A stretch of DNA of 54,028 nucleotides, counting the filler, from Squatina squatina (taxonomy: Eukaryota), in NCBI GenBank assembly GCA_031763465.1. It is 3 parts of 3 records of this genome, joined end to end, with 100 filler letters (N's around TTAATTAATTAA, not from the genome) between each part and the next. Parts side by side here need not be neighbours in the genome. Positions count along the whole stretch, not along the records: positions 39,737 to 54,028 come from JARFOE010000080.1; 2 more parts are not named here. One strand, 5' to 3'. The notes beneath the pieces are model-generated. The model had not been told where the DNA came from and ran no database searches. It saw only the letters and a program-made list of their open reading frames with translations. Below are positions 39,823-49,713 of the stretch, piece after piece. Position 1 is the stretch's first letter. Every line of letters starts with the position of its first letter. A program made the position numbers and the translations under genes.

Positions 39823-41711
39823 GACCTATCTTCTCTCTGTGGTTCCAGTTAACTTGCTCACAGGAAAGGATCAAGAGTAACCCCATAGTCCTCACCTTTA
39901 ACATACAAATTAGTCACACTTAACTTATGGGCTACACGTATATAGAGGAATTGTGACAGCCAACTTAGATATGTCATTCTGAGTATATAATAATATACTA
40001 CCATTCACTTTTATAACCAGCTGCGTGATAGGGTTTCTCTTTACCTCATTGTATGGTTCATTTTTTTTGCTAATTTTTATAGGTTTTTAAAGGTTATTTT
40101 ACTTGACGCTGTCAGTGATGCAGAGCTCTGCATTCTGGGAAGCAAAACAGACATACTGGAAAAATCACCAGGTTTGGAGGTGTTAACATTTATCAAGACC
40201 TATAGAAATGTCAGCATGGTTCTCTATCAGGATTCATTGATACCAGTGACTCAGGATTCTCAACATATTGGTAATCTGTGCTTCATTTCAAGGCCTGGGA
40301 ATGTTTCTTACTCTCAGAGTTAGAGGTCAAGGACTTTTCACAAATTTACTCGGTTCTCAGCCCTTGATTACAATTTGATTTCCTTTGGCATCAAAAGAAG
40401 ACCTATTTTTGTGAACAATGTTCTTCCTCAACACAGATCTAGTTACAATATTTGGCAGTGAGTCAGATTACTTACCACAACATCTCCCCAGCTTTTATTT
40501 CATTAGATGTGGATGAACCTTTGAAATAGGCTAAAATAAGAATGTACCAAAACAATGTCTTTATTAGTAATAAGTGAGTTTTCTTCTGTAAGAGTTTAGG
40601 CTAGTGTAGCAGTGACTGATTTTTTTTTGGATTGTCTTTCAGCTGGAGCTTTATCAGAGGGTTAATGGGAAACTGTCCTCGTGGGCATGGAAACACAAAC
40701 TGGGATGGTCAGTGCATTCACTATTTTTTTCCCATGAGCTGCTAATTTTAAACCTATTGTTTCTTGTGCACTAAATTTGGAATCTGACCAATAATGATAA
40801 CAACATCTTGTCCAAAATCTTAATATGATGTGACAAAAGGTCATCTGTAATAGTAAAAAATACTGTAGGTGTTACCGACTGCCACAGGGAAATGCTACAG
40901 ACTGTGTGTATCGGAGATTTTTACTGTTGACAAACTATATTCACTGACTANNNNNNNNNNNNNNNNNNNNNNNNNNNNNNNNNNNNNNNNNNNNNNNNNN
41001 NNNNNNNNNNNNNNNNNNNNNNNNNNNNNNNNNNNNNNNNNNNNNNNNNNNNNNNNNNNNNNNNNNNNNNNNNNNNNNNNNNNNNNNNNNNNNNNNNNNN
41101 NNNNNNNNNNNNNNNNNNNNNNNNNNNNNNNNNNNNNNNNNNNNNNNNNNNNNNNNNNNNNNNNNNNNNNNNNNNNNNNNNNNNNNNNNNNNNNNNNNNN
41201 NNNNNNNNNNNNNNNNNNNNNNNNNNNNNNNNNNNNNNNNNNNNNNNNNNNNNNNNNNNNNNNNNNNNNNNNNNNNNNNNNNNNNNNNNNNNNNNNNNNN
41301 NNNNNNNNNNNNNNNNNNNNNNNNNNNNNNNNNNNNNNNNNNNNNNNNNNNNNNNNNNNNNNNNNNNNNNNNNNNNNNNNNNNNNNNNNNNNNNNNNNNN
41401 NNNNNNNNNNNNNNNNNNNNNNNNNNNNNNNNNNNNNNNNNNNNNNNNNNNNNNNNNNNNNNNNNNNNNNNNNNNNNNNNNNNNNNNNNNNNNNNNNNNN
41501 NNNNNNNNNNNNNNNNNNNNNNNNNNNNNNNNNNNNNNNNNNNNNNNNNNNNNNNNNNNNNNNNNNNNNNNNNNNNNNNNNNNNNNNNNNNNNNNNNNNN
41601 NNNNNNNNNNNNNNNNNNNNNNNNNNNNNNNNNNNNNNNNNNNNNNNNNNNNNNNNNNNNNNNNNNNNNNNNNNNNNNNNNNNNNNNNNNNNNNNNNNNN
41701 NNNNNNNNNCT

Positions 41712-42112
41712 ATTTACCTGCCGTAGCTCCATATCCCTTGATACACTTACCTTACAAAAATCTATCGATCTCCAGGAAGCTCCAACTGACCCGGCATTCA
41801 CAGCTTTTTGGGGGAAGAGAATTCAAGATTTTTATTACCCTTTGTGTGAAAGAGTGCTTCCTGATTTTCCTCCTAAATGACCTGGCTCTAATTGCAAGAT
41901 TATGCCTTGCTTTGGATCCTCCCACCAGAGGAAATAGTTTCTCTGTATCTATCCTATCTTACTTACATATTAAGCACCTGAATTAGATCACCACTCAATC
42001 TCCTATACTCAAGGGAACACAAGCCAAGTTTATGCAACCTGTCCTCATAATTTAAAACTCTAAGCCCCAGTATCATTCTGGTGAATCGATGCTGCAGCTC
42101 CACCAAGGCCAA
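41712..42112 (-). mobile_element. CR1 LINE 3' fragment
   Basis: Shares ccaccagaggaaatagtttctct, tatactcaagggaa.acaagcc and tggtgaatc.gcgctgca with 19380-19560. Confidence 0.85.
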
Positions 42113-42114
42113 TA

Positions 42115-42296
42115 AAATGTTCTGATGAAAGTTTGGCTAAGAGTAAACGCTTACGATTCTGACTCTGGATTTACACTGCCAGTTTGAAGCCAGTGCACTC
42201 TAAATTCAAATTCCTGCCTTGACTGACATAGAAAAACTGATTCCCTTCATTAACTGGGTTTCATTTACTCTTAACCAAATTTTCATCAGAACATTT
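42115..42296. repeat. 33-bp inverted repeat pair enclosing 116 bp (MITE-like or fold-back)
   Basis: aaatgttctgatgaaagtttggctaagagtaaa (42115-42147) versus tttactcttaaccaaattttcatcagaacattt (42264-42296): 31 of 33 positions complementary. Confidence 0.85.
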
Positions 42297-43606
42297 CATA
42301 CCAAAAGTAGAGCTGGCTCATTAAAGCGTGTCACCTGTAGTTAATAAAGGATAAGATTGTGGAGAAATCACCGATTGAGGTTATCCTGATAGATGTGTAC
42401 ATATAAGTGAACAATATGTTCATTGTGTGTTAATTGTTTGGTCTGTTGAAACACTAATGAAAAATTAAACTGAAAATAATGGATAACTAGGAGTGATTAC
42501 AAAACAGCAATCTCACGAAGGGGCCTCAAATTACATTATAACTTGACCAGTTTATTGCTATTATCTACCAAGTTAAGATTACAGCGCTGAGTTTGATCCA
42601 ATGTGTCTATTTTTAACTACTATGAAGTCCATAGGGCTGTTTTATTTCATATTCTGTTTTCTTTGCAAATTTAGTTTTGCAATCAACTAGGCGACAGATG
42701 GAAACCCATTTTGATACCCAGCTTATGAGGTAGTTTATTGCCTGAAGTGTAAATACTGAAATAATTGTTTCATTTTTAATGCAAGGACAAGGAAAGTCAA
42801 TTTAGTTTGGTGGGTAATTTACATCCTTGTGTTTTCAGCAACTGGGTGACCCATGCAAACAGAAGTAAATAAGTTATTTCTATTCCTAGTTTGTTAAGCA
42901 GTTTTATCATTTTGAGGGAATGATATGAAATAGTTACTGTTGTGGTTCTTTGTAATTCTTGGGGAATATTGGTTAAGTTATGTTTTTAGCAGGGTGTAGA
43001 GGAGAAAGACACAAAGTTGTATGTCAGACAATTGTGATTTTAGTTAGGAGTGCCTGGTTGTTATAAAATTGAACTGTTTTATGGCATTCCATTGTTGTGC
43101 ACAATGCTTCAAGTGGTGCCCAGAGGAATGGTTGATGGGCTCCAAAGAAAAGCGTCAAAACTGAGGGGCTCATTTACCATTGCCTTGTTCCCAACAAATG
43201 TCTTGCTTACTTGCAGTCAAGTACGCAGTAACTTGGTGACTTCATTCACTGATATCTCTGTGTGCAGATGTCACCTGTGCTATTATTGCAAGGTGGCCTT
43301 CATCCGCAAATAAGGTCACTCCCTTTGGTGCCCACCTAAAGCAAGACCTTCAATNNNNNNNNNNCCCACCCTGTGGCATCCTCTGAGCCACTGTGAGTAA
43401 TTAATCCTTTTTACTGCCACCAGCGCAAATTCCCCTTTTATAGTGAGCTGAAATCCTTTAAGGCCTTCTTCCTCATTGGATTTTGGACACTCCTGCCAAG
43501 AGTGTGGCAGACCAAGCTCTCCGTGGATGGTTTTCCTGTGCCAGTAGTCTATTCAATCTAAGGAGAGGAATTCTCATTGCAAATCATGGCACAGCATGCC
43601 CCCAGA

Positions 43607-44075
43607 GTGAGTCACTGCAGTACATCCTGTAGATAGTACATGCTGTAGCCACAGTGCGCCAGTAGTGGAGGGGGTGAATATTGATTTCAGTGTCGGAGTG
43701 CTACTCTGCTCTGGATGGTGTTGAGCTCCTTGAGTGCTGTTGCAGCTAACAGGTGGTGAGTATTCCATAACACTCTTGGTTTGAATCTTGTAGCACTGAA
43801 GGGTCAGGAGGGAAGTCAATCATCACAGAGTACCCATCATCTTCTCTGCTCTTGGAAGTCATGGTGTAGTTAGGGCTCATCCAGCTAAGCTTCTGGTCAT
43901 CAGCAAACCCCAGGAAGTTGAATGGTGGGGAAATCAGTGATGATGGTGTAATCATTCAGGATGCACTGCAACAACTCGCCAAGCTTACTTCAACAGCATC
44001 TCCAAGCCCCGCAATCTCTACCAATAAGGATAAGAGAAGTAAAAGTCCTGGGAGTGCAATTACCTCCTATGTTCC
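43607..44075. mobile_element. CR1-clade LINE fragment with internal inversion
   Basis: 43607-43955 is on the minus strand (YKIQTKSVMEYSP; LGFADDQKLSW). 43957-44075 continues the same element on the plus strand. Confidence 0.65.
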
Positions 44076-46154
44076 AGTTTACTACTACATGTGCCAATAT
44101 TACTTCTGATTATTGTTGTGGGTGTATTGCAATGTTATTTTTAGAACTGAACAATTCAAATGGGACAATACGCAAGGACTAAAAACAGAACCTCTGAGTG
44201 ACATCTTATTTATCAGAACAAACAGAAATCTAGCCTTGNNNNNNNNNNNNNNNNNNNNNNNNNNNNNNNNNNNNNNNNNNNNNNNNNNNNNNNNNNNNNN
44301 NNNNNNNNNNNNNNNNNNNNNNNNNNNNNNNNNNNNNNCAAACCTTTCAATATCGTCAAATCGGGGCTGAGTGTGGCACTTTGCTCAGATCTAACTTGGT
44401 AGATGCAGGTTCCCTTTCTAACATGCTTTTAAGTCAACCATATGGCTAATTAGCCTCTTGAATATGAAACTTATTTTATATGCAACAGTGCTAAACATTT
44501 GACTCCAGCTTGTCAATTCTGCATTGTACAGCTAATGTGAACAAAAAAACCTCTAGTGAGATAGAGCAAATGTTATAAATCTTACTCTTAGCTGAATAGC
44601 ACAACCCTTTCATTTTAAACACTGCACAGCATTTTTGTAGGGCTGAGAATTAGACAGCTGTAGGTCACGGTGGCTTGTGTAGCTTACAATATTGTGTGCC
44701 AGCAGCTGTGAGCTCAGTTTGTCCATACAGTGCCACAATCCCAGTGAAAACGGAGACAAGGGGAAAATGACAATGAGAAATTATTACTCCTTCCTAATGC
44801 TGCCTCATGTTCCTTAATTATGTTATGTTTTCATGTCTGGCACCTATTAAATAGTCTGAGGTGATCAAATTCATGTTAAAAAAAAGCCAAGACATGTAAA
44901 AAGACCTCACTGCTGCACTTCTTCCCAAAAGAAATATTTACAAGAACCTTGTAGTTTCTTCAGAATTTTCCTGTCAAAATGTTTGGATAAGCTGGTCCTT
45001 CTTTCCCAATATTCGCACATTTGTTCAGACCCTTGGTACCAGGAAGCACTTATTGTTTAAAGTGAATTTAGTCATGTGGTGACAAAGTGACATTTTTCAT
45101 TTACAGGAATGGAGCATTTCCTGCATAGGAGTTTCACATGAGAGTTTCCTTTTCTAATTGAATAGGTCTGAGTAAGAAAGAGCACACCATTATGTAATAA
45201 GTCAAACAATGATACCTTCCCCTTCTCAAAACTATACATTGTTTGATCTCACATAGTAAAATAACTTGACTTGCACTCAACTTTCCTTTCCTAAATTAAC
45301 CTTTCACTGGCACCCCAGAACCTAAATTTACAAGTAGATAAACTTCTAGATGTGTTTTTGATTAAAATAAAGCTTATGTTATGAATGCTTTATAGAAGGA
45401 AAAGCAGATTATGAAACAGTGATTAAATAAATACTCTGAGACTTTGCGAATTAAGTAATAAGTCACCTCCTTCCTTTCTGATTAAGACAATTGCGTAACA
45501 CAAAACAGTTGGTTCCAATTGATCCAGACGGCAGTACCTTCCTATACTGGTTCTTTCCTTCATAAACATTCTCCATAGTCTCATTAGCTGCAGCTATGTA
45601 GCCATTGATGAATGGTTGCCTGCACTAATGCATCACTAGTAAGGACATAGAGAGTAGCCTTGGTCAATGATAGACCATCCTTCAAGTCCCATTGATGTTG
45701 GTACAGCCCCTTTCTGTAATTGGGCAGCTGTGCCATTCTGTTGTCGCTGATTCAGTAGATGAGAAGTTGAAGGTGTTGCCCCTATTAAATAAAGCTTCAG
45801 TCACCAAGTTAACCATCTTTGGACAGCCAATTGGCTGCTACTGCTGATGTTCCCTGTTTTACCCTGGAAACAAATGGACAACAACAACTTGCATTTATAC
45901 AGCGCCTTTNNNNNNNNNNNNNNNNNNNNNNNNNNNNNNNNNNNNNNNNNNNNNNNNNNNNNNNNNNNNNNNNNNNNNNNNNNNNNNNNNNNNNNNNNNN
46001 NNNNNNNNNTTTAATCAGTAAGGGAATCAATGGTTATGGGGAAAGGGCAGGAAGGTGGACTTGAGGAATGTCAGATCAGCCATGATCCAATCGAATGCCG
46101 GAGCAGGCTCGAGGGTCGAATGCCCTACTCCTGTTCCTACTTCTTATGGTCTTA

Positions 46155-46372
46155 TGATTGGTTGGGGCCTCCCATGTGACCTCTCCAGCCTTTACGCAGG
46201 ACTTCCCTGGGACTCTACAGAACCCTGCTCCGAATCTCCAACTGGGGTGGGGTGGCACGGGGGCTGAAACTTGCACGGTTGCGTGGATCGAGGACTGTCA
46301 GGTAAGTACTTAAATATTTTTGTCATCGTAGGCCTCCGCATGCAGGAAGCCTCCAATCGCAATTTCAGGGCC
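46155..46372. mobile_element. Non-autonomous element right end, copy 2
   Basis: Direct homology to 13054-13259; ends aatttcagggcc. Confidence 0.75.
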
Positions 46373-47284
46373 AACATGTTTGTGTCAGATTCCTCTATCC
46401 ACTATTTTAATGGAGATGTTAACTTGGTTATTTTTTGTTCCATTGAGACATGTTTAACAAATTTTACATGAGTATGAAATCTTTTCATTATGGACTTGAA
46501 GGAGTTAACATGTTAAACTATGTTACATATCATGAAGCCTTTGATGTGAAAAAATGAGATAGATATTTTCACCAGTGACAATATAGAAAATCAAATTAAT
46601 CCGAGGTTAAAAAAAAGGACTCCACAGCTATGCTGTAAAATTTATTCCAGGTTTACAGCTTCCCACATACAAGGGAAACACTTGTATCTCAAATCAGACT
46701 TGGGGTGCCTTAAACAATGTAACAAGGAAGCAAATGGAAGTGGTGCAAGGAAATTGCTATGACTCCCAAATTATACAAGCTCTGTAATTTATCAGTGAGA
46801 CAACAATGGAATAACACTGAGATAAACTTTAAAAGAGACAAATAACAATGGCTCCACGACCAGTACAACGTGCGTTGACCTTGCTACTGCAAAATGCTAT
46901 TTTAGAGCTTAGAACATAGGATTATAATAATCATTAGACTAATGAGTGTTGATAAGGATTTCCCATAGAAGCCAAACTGATAGAGAGGTCAGCAAATTGA
47001 TACTGGCGATTGGCAATGCAGTTCTGTTAAGGAGAGAAATCAATTTTTGAACAACTATTCATAGAGCANNNNNNNNNNNNNNNNNNNNNNNNNNNNNNNN
47101 NNNNNNNNNNNNNNNNNNNNNNNNNNNNNNNNNNNNNNNNNNNNNNNNNNNNNNNNNNNNNNNNNNNNGAGAGAAAGCAGGTACGGGGTACTGAGTTGCA
47201 TGATCAGCCATGATCATATTGAATGGCGGTGCAGGCTCGAAGGGCTGAATGGCCTACTCCTGCACCTAGTTTCTATGTTTTAGG

Positions 47285-47800
47285 TAAGGACACCAAAACT
47301 GTACACAATACTCCAGGTGCAGTCTCACCTAGGCCATATATAATTGCAGTAAGACATCCTTGCTCCTGTACTCAAATCCTCTTGTAATAAAGGCCAACAT
47401 ACGATTTGCCTTCCTAACTGCCTGCTGCACCTGCATGTTAGCTTTCAGTGTACTAGGTCACCCAGGTTCCTTTGCACATCAACATTTCCTAATCTACCAC
47501 CATTTAAAAAAAAACACTGCATTCCTGTTTTTCCAACCAAAGTGGGCAACTTCACATTTTTCGACATTATACTGCATCTGCCATGTTTTTGCCCATTCAC
47601 TTAGCCTGTCTATATTACTTTGAAGCCAGTTTCCATCCTCCTCACAACTCACATTCCCACCTAGTTTGGTGTCATCAGCTAACTTAGAAATGTTACATTT
47701 GGTCCCCTCATCATTGATATAGATTGTGAATTGCTGGAGCCCAAGCACCGATCCCTGCGGCATCCCACTAGTCAACCTGAAAATGACCCTTTTATTCCAA
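47285..47800 (-). mobile_element. CR1 LINE RT fragment
   Basis: SGMPQGSVLGLQQFTIYIND...ISKLADDTKLGG...DRLSEWAKTWQMQYNVEKCEVAHFG. Confidence 0.92.
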
Positions 47801-48376
47801 CTCCCAAAGCAGTAATATCGAAGCAAAATTTATGACTCTGATATAAGTTAGATCAATTGAATTCCTAAACAGGCTAAAGTACTCACAACAAAACAAAGTC
47901 TCATGCATTGATGGTATTTATCTCAGAGTCCAGAGAGAAAAAGGAGTTATGAAAGAGTCAATGACTACTGGGGAGAAGAGTCAATTGGAAACAAATCAAT
48001 ATGGGGATCGCTTTTTTTCAAATAAAAGAGGACAAAGCAAATGCAGGCAATTACAGATCTCAGCCCTACTCTCTAGAACTCCCTATTTAAACCCCTCTGC
48101 CTCGCTACTTCCCTGTCCACTTTCGTATCTCCCATCTTTTCAACAAAACTTTCCATCTCTTTTCCTAGCTCTTACACATGGTTCAGCAGCCATTGTTTTT
48201 CTCTATTTCCCCCACCCTTATCTATATAAAGATTTTCCTTTTTTTTTTATTTCTAATGGACAATCTATAGAAGTGTTTGCCACTCTCAGTTTTCACCTAC
48301 AATCTTCAGGCTTTTAAAATGCATATACTTGCCCTCGGCTAATTGCATCTTGCTGTTTCATTCTAATCTCTTTAAT

Positions 48377-48914
48377 GTCAGCTGTGGCTCAGTTGGTCGC
48401 ACTCTTAACTGAGTCATGAAGATTGTGAGTTCAAATCCCACTCGAGAGACCTGAGCACAAAAAAGCCAGGCTGACACTCCAGGGCAGTGCTGAGAGAATG
48501 CTGCACTGTCTTTCAGATGAGACATTAAACCAAGGCTCCATCTGTTCTCTCAGGTGGACATAAAAGATCCCATGGCACTATTTCAAAGAGCAGGGGTCTT
48601 GGCCAATATTTATCCCTCAACCAACACCGCTAAAAAACATTATCTGGTCATTATCATATTGCTGTTTGTGGCTACTGTGTTTCCTACATTACATCAATGA
48701 CTACACTTCAAAAGTACTTAAACAAAAAAAATGCTGGAAAAACTCAGCAGGTCAGGCAGCATTCATGGAGAGCTGAGTTTTGCCAGCATTTTTTGTTTAT
48801 AATTCTAGATTCCAGCATCCGCAGTATTTTATTTTTGCTTTAGAAGTACTTCATTGGCTGTAAAGTGCTTTGGGAAGACTGGAGGTTGTGAAAGACGCGA
48901 TATAAGTGCAAGTC
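48377..48914 (+). mobile_element. Nearly full-length tRNA-derived DeuSINE (SacSINE1-like), interrupted by an insertion
   Basis: Pol III A box tggctcagttgg (48385-48396), B box gagttcaaatcc (48427-48438), Deu domain gatgagacattaaacc...taaaagatcccatggcactatttc, and tail cattggctgtaaagtgctttggga...tataagtgcaagt. Confidence 0.85.
48720..48843. mobile_element. Short fold-back Penelope-like insertion inside the DeuSINE
   Basis: Inverted arms at 48720-48748 and 48772-48798. Flanked by direct repeat aagtactt (48712-48719, 48844-48851). Confidence 0.7.
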
Positions 48915-48974
48915 TTACTCTAACTCTGTTCAGATTTGGCAATGCCCATGACCTTTGCCCCGAGTTACTGCATA

Positions 48975-49314
48975 AGCACGGTCGCTGTGCTGAGCTCAGC
49001 GCGACTGTTGCCCGAAGGCGTTCGGCTATTTCCGGAGCGGCCCGAGTGGTGGGAGGGGCGCGGTGCATTGTGGGCGCGGGTGCCGGCGGTCCTTTTCGAT
49101 ATTTACCCGAGCCGCCATTTTGTCGCTGTTTCGGCGGCGTCTCCAGGCCTCGGGGAATCTGCGAGTTAGAAGCCAGCACGGGAACGTCGAATCGGTGGAC
49201 GGAGCCCTCCCTCGGTCATTGGTAGCCAGGGCGGTGTTGTCCAGGCACCGACTCTCTCTCTCGCTGTCTTCTCCAGCCCACCACCCATCCCGGGATTGGG
49301 CCGCGGCGGCGGCG
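48975..49314 (+). promoter_or_regulatory. ARGLU1: CpG-island promoter and 5' UTR of ARGLU1
   Basis: Abrupt GC/CpG-rich block in AT-rich flanks. ETS-type site atttccgg (49028-49035), GC-rich box near 49052-49063, YY1 motif gccgccatttt (49111-49121). No upstream ATG between 49121 and the strong Kozak gcggcgATGG at 49315. Confidence 0.8.
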
Positions 49315-49465
49315 ATGGGCAGGTCTCGGAGTCGTAGCTCGTCGCGCTCCAAACACGCCAAGAGCAGTAAGCACGCCAAGCGGCGGACGCGCTCCCACTC
49401 GCGGGACAAGGAGAGGCCGCGAAAACGCTCCAAGTCCCGGGAGACGAAGAGCCGCCGGCACGCGG
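49315..49465 (+). CDS. ARGLU1: ARGLU1 exon 1, visible coding part (RS/arginine-rich N-terminus); runs into an N gap
   Basis: MGRSRSRSSSRSKHAKSSKHAKRRTRSHSRDKERPRKRSKSRETKSRRHA matches the recalled vertebrate ARGLU1 N-terminus MGRSRSRSSSRSKHTKSSKHNKKRSRSRSRSRDKER. Confidence 0.93.
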
Positions 49466-49565
49466 NNNNNNNNNNNNNNNNNNNNNNNNNNNNNNNNNNN
49501 NNNNNNNNNNNNNNNNNNNNNNNNNNNNNNNNNNNNNNNNNNNNNNNNNNNNNNNNNNNNNNNNN

Positions 49566-49713
49566 GGAAGAAGAGTTGGAGAAACGTAAAGATGAGATTG
49601 AGCGTGAGGTACTCCGGCGTGTCGAGGAGGCCAAGCGCATTATGGAAAAGCAACTGTTGGAGGAGCTTGAGCGACAGCGACATGCTGAACTCGCTGCACA
49701 GAAAGCTAGAGAG
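49566..49713 (+). CDS. ARGLU1: ARGLU1 exon 2, 3' part (glutamate-rich coiled coil)
   Basis: EEELEKRKDEIEREVLRRVEEAKRIMEKQLLEELERQRHAELAAQKARE, followed by phase-0 donor GAG|gtaacg. The 5' end is hidden in gap 49466-49565. Confidence 0.95.

Noticed and set aside
40869-41801. 285/286-aa ORFs (likewise 50665-51699)
   Set aside because: Almost entirely N.
48377-48450. tRNA gene
   Set aside because: The A/B boxes belong to the SINE head and continue directly into the Deu domain; no complete cloverleaf.
49063-49314. In-frame upstream extension of ARGLU1 from a GTG start
   Set aside because: Stop-free frames are expected in a CpG island. The ATG at 49315 has a strong Kozak context and matches the known N-terminus.
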